Shown here: positions 54,805-63,645 of the stretch, piece after piece
Position numbering within the stretch: the stretch's first letter is position 1
Layout: each line of letters starts with the position of its first letter
IMG/VR virus record: IMGVR_UViG_3300020576_006644
Location: 48,624 to 112,623 of that record
Strand: one strand, 5' to 3'
DNA length: 64,000 bases
Origin: a virus
Lineage: Duplodnaviria; Caudoviricetes
The notes under the pieces: generated by a model
Told to the model about the DNA's origin: nothing
Databases searched by the model: none
Seen by the model: the letters and a program-made list of their open reading frames with translations, nothing else
Made by a program: the position numbers and the translations under genes

Positions 54805-55191
54805 ATGGGTACATGCACTGAGAGGCGCTACAAGGAGCTCACCGCCCGGGAGTGGTGGGTGCAGGAGATCTTCGGCAAGAGGCCGTGCGACAGCTGCTCG
54901 GCCCGGCCGATCAACGTCCTTGCCCACATCACGCTCCCCGAGACGCGCGTGGGGCTCATGGACCCGATTGGGTTGGCTCTCGGGACCTACGGCGACCCGG
55001 TGGCGTTCAAGCCGGCGCTCGCCACCGAGCGCTACTACTCGGTGGGGACCCTGGCCGCCTGCTGCGCCTGCGAGAAGGCCATGGAGCAGGTGCTGGCGCA
55101 CCGCACCTCCAGCCGCGGGGACCTCGGCAGCTCCGCCTACGTCTCCTTCGATCGGCCGCCCACCGATCGGCTCGTGGTGCTGGCGTCATGA
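54805..55191 (+). CDS. Zn-binding hypothetical protein
   Basis: CDSC...CCAC. Confidence 0.6.
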   Translation: MGTCTERRYKELTAREWWVQEIFGKRPCDSCSARPINVLAHITLPETRVGLMDPIGLALGTYGDPVAFKPALATERYYSVGTLAACCACEKAMEQVLAHRTSSRGDLGSSAYVSFDRPPTDRLVVLAS

Positions 55192-55544
55192 GGCCGATGC
55201 ACATCCTGCTGGCGGCGCTGCTCGGGATGATGGGTGGCCTGGCGCTCGGCGACGAGCTGAAGCCGTGGCCCGGCCCGCCTGCGGAGCAGAAACCGGCCCA
55301 GCCGCCCGCTGCGGAGCCGGCCAAACCAGCGGACAAGCCCAAGGAGCAGCCCAAACCGGCCCCGCAGAAGAAGCCGCCTGCGCAGGAGGATGAGAGCGAC
55401 CCCTGCAGAGACGGTTGCGACGAGATGCGGCGGGAAGGACTTGCAGCTTGCAAGGATGCTTCTTCTCTGCCCCCGCCAAGTGATTGTCGTGGAAACATCA
55501 GCAACGCAGCTGCGGAGTGCATAAAACAGTGCAGGGGGTATTGA
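55188..55544 (+). CDS. Secreted Pro-rich/Cys-rich protein
   Basis: Signal peptide, PAEQKP-type repeats, six Cys. Confidence 0.6.
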   Translation: MRPMHILLAALLGMMGGLALGDELKPWPGPPAEQKPAQPPAAEPAKPADKPKEQPKPAPQKKPPAQEDESDPCRDGCDEMRREGLAACKDASSLPPPSDCRGNISNAAAECIKQCRGY

Positions 55545-56200
55545 TGAATAAAGTTCTGATCGCGTGTTTCGCCGTGTTTCTTGGTGCGTGCGGCGGGATC
55601 TCCATGAAGTGCCAGGGAAGCAACTGCGGTATCGTTGGTGGTGATGGTGGAACCACATCCGATATGGCAGGTTCCGCGTATGGTTGCGCCGGCAAGGGAG
55701 GCTTCAAGCCGGACCCGAATCCGCAGTCGGTCGTCTGGGCGTGTCCCGGCGAGTTCGCGGCTGGAGTGATCCGGCAGCGCTGTGCTGTTGGTTACAGGTT
55801 GTGCGGTGGACAACCCCTATACCGCGAGATTTGCTCCTACGACAATCCAGTCTGGAAGGGTTGGGGTGCGTTTGCTTACGAACTGATCGCTTCCGACGCC
55901 ACGCAAGGTAAAGGTGGAGCACTCGACCCAACTACGATGACCTGTGACTGGTCTAACAAGACAGGTCGTCGGTTGTTCGGTGCGTGTGGGACTACCGCGT
56001 GGCAGTACGCTGACACGGTGCAAGGGGACAACTGCGGGCAGATCGGGGGCTTCCTGAATACTTGCTGGATTGCTGGCCCAGATGGGGTTTTTCCGCAGAA
56101 CGTCTGGCGCTGCCCGGCGGCACCAGGCAACGGGGATGCTGACTTCGAGCTGCTCAGTAACCGCAGCGGCTTGGCTGGGGTCCTCTGCTGTCCGAACTGA
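55544..56200 (+). CDS. Cys-rich lipoprotein
   Basis: Lipobox FLGAC, many Cys, C-terminal GVLCC. Confidence 0.7.
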   Translation: MNKVLIACFAVFLGACGGISMKCQGSNCGIVGGDGGTTSDMAGSAYGCAGKGGFKPDPNPQSVVWACPGEFAAGVIRQRCAVGYRLCGGQPLYREICSYDNPVWKGWGAFAYELIASDATQGKGGALDPTTMTCDWSNKTGRRLFGACGTTAWQYADTVQGDNCGQIGGFLNTCWIAGPDGVFPQNVWRCPAAPGNGDADFELLSNRSGLAGVLCCPN

Positions 56201-56242
56201 CCTGCCCGCGCCCGCCCCCAGGGTATTCCGTACCCTCCTTGC

Positions 56243-56875
56243 ATGAGCTCTCGCTACGGCATCCTTAAAAACAATCAGCCGATTCCCTGCACGCTCCCCT
56301 TCCCGCTGGCGGGGGTTCTCAAGGGCGGCGAACAGATCAACACGCGCTACTCACCCGAGCGGCTCCGGCAGCTCCTCGACTGCCTGCCCGGCCCGCGGCG
56401 CCGCGTCCGCGAGCTGGAGATCTTCACCGGAAACGGCGTGCCGGCCGAGGTTCTGATCAGCGCCAAGTCGCCGCCGCGTGACTACTTCAAGGGGTCGGCC
56501 ATCACAGTGGGCGCGGTCAACGCCTTCATCGCGTTTGACCAGCCCATCGAGTCCACGAGCACCACGCAGCTGCTCGCGGCCAACCTGCTCCCGGGCTCCT
56601 ACAGCGGCTTCCTCACGCTCATCGGCTCCAAGGTCGGCGCCGCGGGTGTGTCGGCTTTCCGCCGCCTCATCACCTTCCAGGTGCTGGCGGATGGGACGAT
56701 CGACTCGTCCAACGCCGCGGCCTCGGTCATCGGGACCGATGTGGAGGTGGATGCGGGGACCGACATCACCCTGACCTTCACCACCACCTATATGGCGGTG
56801 CAGGCCACGGGCGTGGCAGCGACGACCTACAACTGGACCTGCGCCATCGACTTCACCCAGGTGCAGGGCGCCTAA
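56243..56875 (+). CDS. Putative virion structural protein
   Basis: Head module; beta-rich. Confidence 0.6.
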   Translation: MSSRYGILKNNQPIPCTLPFPLAGVLKGGEQINTRYSPERLRQLLDCLPGPRRRVRELEIFTGNGVPAEVLISAKSPPRDYFKGSAITVGAVNAFIAFDQPIESTSTTQLLAANLLPGSYSGFLTLIGSKVGAAGVSAFRRLITFQVLADGTIDSSNAAASVIGTDVEVDAGTDITLTFTTTYMAVQATGVAATTYNWTCAIDFTQVQGA

Positions 56876-56918
56876 CGACAACTTACCCGGGCGGCTCGGC
56901 CGCCCACGGAGCACGCAC

Positions 56919-57149
56919 ATGATGGAAAAATCCATGGGGATGGGGAAGAAGGTCGCCGAGTCGCTGGCTGGCAACAGCTCGATGCCGACCAACCGCGTCG
57001 TCGACAAGATGAGCAGCGCCCCGAACCCGACCCGCTTCGACCGCACCTTTGACTCGGCGGCCTGGCCGACCTCGGCCCCGGCCCGCGAGCAGCCGACTCC
57101 GATGCGCGTCATGTGGAAGCACGACGCCGCGCCGGGGGCGCAGGAGTAG
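56919..57149 (+). CDS. Small hypothetical protein
   Basis: RBS GGAG. Confidence 0.55.
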   Translation: MMEKSMGMGKKVAESLAGNSSMPTNRVVDKMSSAPNPTRFDRTFDSAAWPTSAPAREQPTPMRVMWKHDAAPGAQE

Positions 57150-57152
57150 CAG

Positions 57153-57536
57153 GTGTCCTGGCGGCTTGACGCGGCCGGCTCGCGCCGGGCTGTCCCCACG
57201 GCTGCGGACGACGACGGCATCGGCACGGTCATCATCCCGAGCGACAGCTCGGTGGTGCTGGAGCAGCTCATCTGCGTGGGGGAATACGACCTCACGAGCG
57301 ACTCGCCGCTCAGCATCAACCTGTCGGGCGTCTCCGCCACGGTCAACTACATCGTCCTGCGCGTCAAGGGCGGCTACGTCAAGGCCGCCCTCACGAGCGA
57401 CCTGGGCGTGGCGAACTTCTACGTCGAGCCGCGGCTGGAGCTGCGCTCGGACAACAACCCCTACACAGCCCTCACCCTGACGCGGCCCCTGGGCGTCGAG
57501 GTCACGGTCAACATTTTCGTCGGCAAACGGAGCTAG
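57153..57536 (+). CDS. Putative virion structural protein
   Basis: Beta-rich; head module. Confidence 0.6.
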   Translation: MSWRLDAAGSRRAVPTAADDDGIGTVIIPSDSSVVLEQLICVGEYDLTSDSPLSINLSGVSATVNYIVLRVKGGYVKAALTSDLGVANFYVEPRLELRSDNNPYTALTLTRPLGVEVTVNIFVGKRS

Positions 57537-57539
57537 TTT

Positions 57540-58349
57540 ATGACCCGCACCCTGCAGCAAGTCCTTGACACCGGCGGCCCCGACCTCTCGGCGTTCGCCT
57601 CCGCAGCCCAGATCGTGGGCCTCGGCACCATGCTGTCCCGGCAGCGCCGGGTGATCACCGGAATCAGCTCGGCGGCCACCCTCAAGCTGAGCAGCATCGA
57701 CGCTTCCATCCCCGGGATCAGCCCCGGCGGAATGGTGGTCGGCGTTGGCGGTCTGAATGCGCTTGGTCCGATGCTGGCGATCGGCGCTCCTTCGCAGGTC
57801 ATCCCCAATGGGTCGACCGGCCTCACGGTAGGCGCCAGCAACGCTGCTATCCGGCTGTTCGCCCGCGATGGGTACACCGTCCGCTACCTGCAGTTCGGCG
57901 GGGCTGGCGTGTCGGATTCGACCCCGACCTATGTTCGCAACAACCAGACCCTGGCGGTCTTCGTCTCCATCTCGGGGACGACCATCGAGGTCTGGGTGCA
58001 GCTGGCCACCAGCTCGGTCGGCGTCGCCACCAGCACCCCGGTCCTCATCAAGGCGGCGCTGCTCGCCAGCGCAGACGCCATGAAGGGGATCACCTCCATC
58101 GACTTCGCCGGCGGCACCGGCGGTTCGGCGGCGCTCGACCAGATCGCCCTGAACGCGGCCTACGGCATCTACCCGGCCGCCGTGGTCGCTGCAGGCGGCT
58201 CCAACCCCAAGACCATCGTTCCCGGCAGCTGCATTGTGTCCCACGACGGGAACCTGATCTCGCTGCCGCAGCCGACCACGGGCCTGACCCTGGACTACAT
58301 GCCGGCTCCGCGCATGCCGCTGGACTCGGTTTACGACACGAGCGCGTAA
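57540..58349 (+). CDS. Putative virion structural/decoration protein
   Basis: G/A/S/T-rich; upstream of scaffold and capsid genes. Confidence 0.6.
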   Translation: MTRTLQQVLDTGGPDLSAFASAAQIVGLGTMLSRQRRVITGISSAATLKLSSIDASIPGISPGGMVVGVGGLNALGPMLAIGAPSQVIPNGSTGLTVGASNAAIRLFARDGYTVRYLQFGGAGVSDSTPTYVRNNQTLAVFVSISGTTIEVWVQLATSSVGVATSTPVLIKAALLASADAMKGITSIDFAGGTGGSAALDQIALNAAYGIYPAAVVAAGGSNPKTIVPGSCIVSHDGNLISLPQPTTGLTLDYMPAPRMPLDSVYDTSA

Positions 58350-58438
58350 GAAAGCCGATCACCGCTTGAACCCGGCCCGGGACCTCCCCGGGCCGTGAAC
58401 ACACCCCGCTTCGGGCGGGAGGAGAGCGAGCAAAGACC

Positions 58439-59308
58439 ATGAGCGAGACGAACAACCAGAGCCCCTCGGCTGACAACTACATCCGCGAGCGCCGCCGCGG
58501 CTTTGCCCAGGGGCAGAAGGACCTGCTGGCTCGCGCCGGTGCCAAGGACGACCAGGAGCTGCTCGCCCTCATCGAGGCCGGGCGCAAGGTGTCCAAGGCC
58601 AAGCCGGCAGCGGAGGTCGAAGAGGAGATCCCGGTCAAGCCTGCCGCGGGCAAGAAGCAGCCGACCGAGGACGGCAAGCCCGAGCAGAAGGAGAACGAGA
58701 CCCTCAAGCAGTACGAGGCGCGGCTCGCGAAGATCGACGAGACCCAGGCCAAGATCTGGGCCCGCTTCGAGGCGGAGGACAAGGCCAAGGCTGAAGCCAA
58801 GGCCGCCGAGGAGCAGGCCGCGAAGGAAGCGGCGGAGGAGAAGGCCGCCCGGGAGCAGTACGAGGAGGAGGTCGAGTGGCTCAAGACCGTCGCCACCGGC
58901 GCCGGGGCAGTCACCGACGACAAGCGCAAGTTCAACCGCCTGGTCAAGCTCGTCGAGCAGGAGCTCGCCGACATGCCCAAGCGCGAGTTCGAGAGCAAGT
59001 TCGGCGACAAGGCCTCCGAGAAGGACCGGGAGGAGAACACCAAGAAGCTGCTCGCCGACCTGCAGAAGGACCACTCGGGGCTGTTCAAGCCCGCCGGCAA
59101 CGGCGCCGAGGGGGAGAAGAAGCCGGGCGGGTCAACCGGAACCTCGGTGACAAAGCCCGAAGGAGCCTCACCGGCCAGCGGCCAGCGCGAGCCGCTGAAT
59201 GTCCAGAAGCTGTCCCGCGAGCAGTACCGCGAGTACAGCCAGAATCCGACCAAGTTCAAGGAGCGCTACGCGGCGGGGCTCGTCGAGTACCCGAGCAAGA
59301 AGGCGTAG
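58439..59308 (+). CDS. Capsid scaffolding protein
   Basis: Charged coiled coil directly upstream of the MCP. Confidence 0.7.
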   Translation: MSETNNQSPSADNYIRERRRGFAQGQKDLLARAGAKDDQELLALIEAGRKVSKAKPAAEVEEEIPVKPAAGKKQPTEDGKPEQKENETLKQYEARLAKIDETQAKIWARFEAEDKAKAEAKAAEEQAAKEAAEEKAAREQYEEEVEWLKTVATGAGAVTDDKRKFNRLVKLVEQELADMPKREFESKFGDKASEKDREENTKKLLADLQKDHSGLFKPAGNGAEGEKKPGGSTGTSVTKPEGASPASGQREPLNVQKLSREQYREYSQNPTKFKERYAAGLVEYPSKKA

Positions 59309-59335
59309 CCACAACCCTTTAGGAGCAAAGAAGCC

Positions 59336-60829
59336 ATGACCGTCCCCAGCGCACTGTCCCCCTTCGCGGATCTGTTTCAGGACCGCGTGCTGATCCGCGA
59401 GTTCGAGGACTCGCTGCTGCCCAACTTCCTGTGGGACGCCGTGGCGCCCGAGGCGGACGTGTGGCCGGCGCACGCCGGGCTCAGCTTCACCATCACCAAC
59501 GACGGCTACTACCCGGTAGTGGCGACCACCTCGCCGACCACCGTGGACCCCACCCCGGTGAGCCGCCGCGCCGAGCAGTACGACATCACCCTGGGCAGCT
59601 ACGACGGCACCGACGACATCGACGCCACCCAGGCGCAGAACATGCTGGCGGACTACGCCAAGCAGACGGTCAACCGGCTGGCCATCCAGGCTGCCCGGAC
59701 GATCGACGCGGCGGCGCGCGGGCGCTACGTCTCGGCGGCCACCGCCGGCTGGACCGTGGTGGACGGGGCGCAGAGCGCCACCACTACGCTGCTTGTCAAG
59801 CGCCTCAACGGCTTCACCACGGCGCTGCCCTCCAGCGGCTCGGCGCTGCGCCACACCCCGGTGAGCGCCGGCAACCCGCTGCCGGTCCTCATCAACGGCG
59901 TGGCCAACACCGTCATCGGGTTCACCGCCATCAACCAGATCCCGATCGACCAGGGCGTCGGCGTCGCGGACGAGCAGGGCCCCGGCTACCTGATCCTGTC
60001 GGCCGCCGTGACCGTGGCCGACCGTGACCCGGTGATCGCCAGCAACGCCAGCTTCGTCCAGCGCGTCGGCGAGGGCTGGAACCGCCAGACCGGCCGCATC
60101 GACAACGTGAACGGGCCGCTCAGCTACGCCGACATCCGGGCTTGCCGGGCGCGGTTCGCCACCACGAACGTCAAGCCCATGCGCCGGTACAACAACTACT
60201 ACCTGGCCATGATCTCCCCGACCGCCTACACGCAGCTGCAGGGCGACCCGGAGTTCCAGCGCCTGGAGCAGGGCCGCGGGGTCGACGACTTCCCCTACGC
60301 CGCCGGCGTCATCGGCTACTACGCCGGGCACATGTTCATGGAGAACAACAACGCCCCGACCGGGGACACCATGGAGTGGTACTCGGCGCCGAACGTCCGC
60401 TCGCCGAACGTCTACGGCAGCTACACCCGCTTCGGCGTCGCCAACGCCTCGACCGACCCCTGCGGCATCGAGACGATCGTGGGCACCGACGCGAGTCGCC
60501 CCATCGACCACACGGTCATCTTCGGGGACGACGTGGCCAAGCAGTACTGGCAGCCGCACCCGATGCAGGCGCGCGTGGCCATGCTCACCGACATCGGCCT
60601 CGCCGGCGTGCTCGCCGAGCCGTACCAGGTCAGCAACGACGGGGTGGTGATCCCCATCGACTACACGGCCCTCATCATCATGTCGCCGCGCAACCGCCTC
60701 GGGGACAAGTACCCCGCGACGTGGTTGACCAAGCGCTCGTGGCAGATCAAGAGCGACCAGATCAGCACCCAGGGCGGCGCCATCCGCTACAAGCGGCTCC
60801 TGGCGATCGAGTCCTCGGCCGTCGGCTAG
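59336..60829 (+). CDS. Major capsid protein
   Basis: Strong codon bias, RBS AGGAG, position, YLAMISP..Y.QL..DPEF and G.IG.YAG..F.E patterns typical of HK97-fold MCPs. Confidence 0.75.
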   Translation: MTVPSALSPFADLFQDRVLIREFEDSLLPNFLWDAVAPEADVWPAHAGLSFTITNDGYYPVVATTSPTTVDPTPVSRRAEQYDITLGSYDGTDDIDATQAQNMLADYAKQTVNRLAIQAARTIDAAARGRYVSAATAGWTVVDGAQSATTTLLVKRLNGFTTALPSSGSALRHTPVSAGNPLPVLINGVANTVIGFTAINQIPIDQGVGVADEQGPGYLILSAAVTVADRDPVIASNASFVQRVGEGWNRQTGRIDNVNGPLSYADIRACRARFATTNVKPMRRYNNYYLAMISPTAYTQLQGDPEFQRLEQGRGVDDFPYAAGVIGYYAGHMFMENNNAPTGDTMEWYSAPNVRSPNVYGSYTRFGVANASTDPCGIETIVGTDASRPIDHTVIFGDDVAKQYWQPHPMQARVAMLTDIGLAGVLAEPYQVSNDGVVIPIDYTALIIMSPRNRLGDKYPATWLTKRSWQIKSDQISTQGGAIRYKRLLAIESSAVG

Positions 60830-60869
60830 CTAACTCCCGCTTGACCGCGCCGGCATCCCCGGCGCATCC

Positions 60870-61270
60870 TCTCCCTCGTGCTTCCCGCTCAGATCGAGAT
60901 TCTGGCTAGGTCCTGGCAACGGGGCCGTGTCGTGGCTCGCCCTGGCGGGAAGCGCTGCCCGGTCCTGCCAAGGACTGGGTTCCGCGGGCCGGAGGCGGTC
61001 GGGAAGGCAAGCCCGGCAGCCCGAGGCGCACCAGGCTCAGCCGCCGCGCGCAGAGTCAACGTCGAGGCCAGGCCATCCCAAACGCGAGCCCTCAGAGCAC
61101 CGGGCGCGAGCGGGCCGGGCAGCAAACGGGGCCGAGCGGGCGGCGGCACTTGCCCCCTGGTGTCAGGCGCGGAGCGCTGAGTAGCCGGCACCGCCCCTGA
61201 AAATCACGCTTCCGCAGCGGGCCGGTTCATTGCGCCGGCGACAGCGGGAAGGGGCGGTGCCGGCGGCGAG
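60870..61270 (+). ncRNA. Candidate large structured ncRNA downstream of the MCP
   Basis: Own promoter TTGACC-17-CATCCT (60841-60869); many hairpins; 15-bp closing helix GCCGGCACCGCCCCT/AGGGGCGGTGCCGGC. Confidence 0.45.
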
Positions 61271-61273
61271 GTG

Positions 61274-61531
61274 TCAGCCGCAGTAGCGTGGGAAGTCGAA
61301 CTTCTGGGTCTTGAGGGCTTCCTTGGCCAGCAGCGACAGCTCTGCGCTGGGTTGCTCATCGGCGGCGACCGCTTCGAGAACGCGCTGATACAGCTTGTCC
61401 TCCAAGCCGTGTGCCTTCTCGGGGTCCATATCCTTTACCTTCTTGATCTCCGCTACCGCGGCACGCACAACTTTACGGGCGAGCAACATGCTGATCTCCT
61501 TGTGCGAGCACATCACCATCTGAGCCACCAC
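61274..61531 (-). CDS. Small hypothetical protein (probable start MLLARK)
   Basis: RBS AAGGAG; D.E.AH..ED.L...VL pattern. Confidence 0.6.
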   Translation of the reverse strand: MVAQMVMCSHKEISMLLARKVVRAAVAEIKKVKDMDPEKAHGLEDKLYQRVLEAVAADEQPSAELSLLAKEALKTQKFDFPRYCG

Positions 61532-61534
61532 CGC

Positions 61535-61556
61535 GCAATCCCGAACGTATGTTCAG
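61535..61556. promoter_or_regulatory. LexA-box-like operator between divergent genes
   Basis: GCAATC-CCGAAC-GTAT-GTTCAG. Confidence 0.7.
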
Positions 61557-61578
61557 CCAGCCGGTGTAGGATGGCCAC

Positions 61579-62007
61579 ATGGCCCGCCATCATCACCGAG
61601 ACAACACCCCCGCTCCCGTGAACACCGCCGCCGTAGCTCCGCCGCTCGACACCGAGCCGCCGCCCGAGCCTGCCGACCCGCACCAGGCGGACATCGAGCT
61701 GGCCGCCGCAGCGCTGCAGGCCGACACCGGGACCCTGGAGGGAATCCTGGCGATCGAGGCCGGGCGGGCCGCCATGCTGCGGCTGGCCAAGGAGCTGGAC
61801 TCGCGCCTGGACCGCGCCAAGCGGGTGGTCGCCGAGTTCCGGCAGACGATCCGGGTGCTCAAGCACCGTCAATACACCGCCCGGCTCTCGGGCCTGTTCG
61901 CCCCGCCGGCCGGCGCCGTGTACAGCAAGCTGACCCAGCCGAACCACTTCGCCGCCATCGTCGGGGGCGGGAAGGTCGGCGTCGACTTCGAATTCGTGGC
62001 GGAGTAA
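61579..62007 (+). CDS. Hypothetical protein (head module)
   Basis: ORF upstream of the adaptor gene. Confidence 0.6.
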   Translation: MARHHHRDNTPAPVNTAAVAPPLDTEPPPEPADPHQADIELAAAALQADTGTLEGILAIEAGRAAMLRLAKELDSRLDRAKRVVAEFRQTIRVLKHRQYTARLSGLFAPPAGAVYSKLTQPNHFAAIVGGGKVGVDFEFVAE

Positions 62008-62013
62008 CCCGCG

Positions 62014-62430
62014 ATGCCGCTCACCACCGAGGAGAAGGTCAACATCCGGTTCCACATGGGCTACCCGACGCAGAGCCAGCTGCGCGCGATGGCCGCCGGG
62101 CTGCCGACCAAGATCCAGTCGAACTGGCAGATCGACGCGGTGCTGGAGAATCCTCTTCAAGAGGAGACGCTCCCGCTCATCCGCAACATCCTGTTCCAGC
62201 TCGAAGACATCATGTGGCACGACTTCCCCGAGGCCCGGCTTGAGCACAAGGCGGAGAAGCTGGAGGAGCTGACGATCAACCTCAAGCACACCGCGATGCT
62301 GAACCAGCAGTACATTTTCTGGCAGCAGCGCATGGCCCAGGCGCTGTGCGCGCCGGTCAACCCCGACTTCTCCGGCGTCAACGGCATCCTCGGCGGCGGG
62401 CCGACGACCAACTTCCAGGTCATCTTCTAG
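62014..62430 (+). CDS. Head-tail adaptor-like protein
   Basis: MPLT.EEK..IR.H.GYP start; position after MCP. Confidence 0.6.
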   Translation: MPLTTEEKVNIRFHMGYPTQSQLRAMAAGLPTKIQSNWQIDAVLENPLQEETLPLIRNILFQLEDIMWHDFPEARLEHKAEKLEELTINLKHTAMLNQQYIFWQQRMAQALCAPVNPDFSGVNGILGGGPTTNFQVIF

Positions 62431-62433
62431 CCC

Positions 62434-63030
62434 ATGGCGATCGAGGAGCCGCGCCGGCCGTTCACCCGGCTTGATCCCGACAGCTACCGGCGGACGCTCG
62501 CGCAGCGGCTGTCCGGGCGCCGGCTCGTGGACCCGCTGCGGAACCTGCTCACCCGCTTCGGCCTGCGCCACTACGAGGTCCGGGTCATACGGATCAGGTG
62601 GTCTGGCACCGACGAGCAAGGAAACCCGGGGCGAGGCTTAGGGGAGCCGTATCTCGACCTGAACCTGCTCGTTGAGCCGACACCTAAGATCGGCGGTGCC
62701 TCGCTCGGCGCGCTCGCCGAGAGCGTGGAGGGGGTAGGCGTCCAGGAGGTCGGGCAGATCACCGTCGAGCGGATCAGCACTGCCTACAGCGAGGCCAACC
62801 TGCGGGGGCTGCTGCGCGGGGAGCTCCGGCACCCGGCGGACGCCGAGGCCTACTGGGAGATCACCTTCTTTGGGGAGGGGCAGCCGGCGCGCCGCCGCTT
62901 CAACGTCGCCACGGTCCCGGGCCGCCACACCTTCGGGTGGACGGTAGTGCTGGAGCGGGCCGACGGCGCCGACCGCGACCCGCGAACCAAGGATCTGGCG
63001 CTGTCCAAGCCCGCGCAGGACCCGCTGTGA
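62434..63030 (+). CDS. Head closure/stopper-like protein
   Basis: Position and beta-rich composition. Confidence 0.5.
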   Translation: MAIEEPRRPFTRLDPDSYRRTLAQRLSGRRLVDPLRNLLTRFGLRHYEVRVIRIRWSGTDEQGNPGRGLGEPYLDLNLLVEPTPKIGGASLGALAESVEGVGVQEVGQITVERISTAYSEANLRGLLRGELRHPADAEAYWEITFFGEGQPARRRFNVATVPGRHTFGWTVVLERADGADRDPRTKDLALSKPAQDPL

Positions 63031-63476
63031 CCCCCGCCGATTACACCAAGTTCTGCCGATCGCAGGCGCGCGACCTGGAGGATAAGGTCGACCGGGCGCT
63101 CGGCCGCGCCGCCGCCGCGGGGGCCAAGCTCGCCAGGCAGCGGACGCGCACCGTTTACGCAGTGAACACCGGCCGCTTCGCCGACAACTGGCAGCCCGAG
63201 GACCGGGAGAACGGCTGGGCGATCGTGAACCCCACCCCCTACGCCGGCTACGCGGACGACGGGCGGCCCCCGGGCTCCCCGCCGCCCATCACAGCACTCG
63301 TCCGCTGGGCTGAAAAGAAGTTACGCGTGGCCGGGCCCGCCGCCTGGGCAGTTGCGCACAAGATCGCCCAGGACATCGCCGCCCGCGGCGTCCGCGGCGC
63401 GCACGTACTACAGTGGCTGACCGAGAAGCTGGAGCTGGTCATCCCCAACGAGATCGAGAAGGAGCTGTCCCGATGA
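63027..63476 (+). CDS. HK97 gp10-like neck protein
   Basis: VNTG.F...W, IVNPTPYA.Y..DGR.PG..PP...L..W...K pattern. Confidence 0.7.
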   Translation: MTPADYTKFCRSQARDLEDKVDRALGRAAAAGAKLARQRTRTVYAVNTGRFADNWQPEDRENGWAIVNPTPYAGYADDGRPPGSPPPITALVRWAEKKLRVAGPAAWAVAHKIAQDIAARGVRGAHVLQWLTEKLELVIPNEIEKELSR

Positions 63477-63643
63477 ACTCACTGATGCTGAAGGGCAAGA
63501 AGAAGACCAAGATGCCCGAGAAGATGGAGCCTATGCCGGAGGAGTCCGAGGGTGTGGTGGACCCCAAGAGCAAGAAGAAGCCCATCGGCGGTAACAAGAT
63601 GGGCATGATGCGGGCGGCCGGCTGCAAGAAGGGCGGGAAGTAG
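63473..63643 (+). CDS. Small basic protein
   Basis: ATGA-coupled; RBS AAGGAG. Confidence 0.5.
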   Translation: MNSLMLKGKKKTKMPEKMEPMPEESEGVVDPKSKKKPIGGNKMGMMRAAGCKKGGK

Positions 63644-63645
63644 CC

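Noticed and set aside
1519-60909. Long overlapping or antisense ORFs (e.g. 1519-3087, 1719-3230, 17272-18513, 52867-54144, 56883-58244, 59168-60559)
   Set aside because: Shadow frames expected in high-GC coding DNA; low-complexity translations overlapping genes with clear motifs
6832-61556. CRISPR array or REP elements as the source of the recurring motif
   Set aside because: Copies are single, dispersed and promoter-associated, with no regular repeat-spacer units and no cas genes
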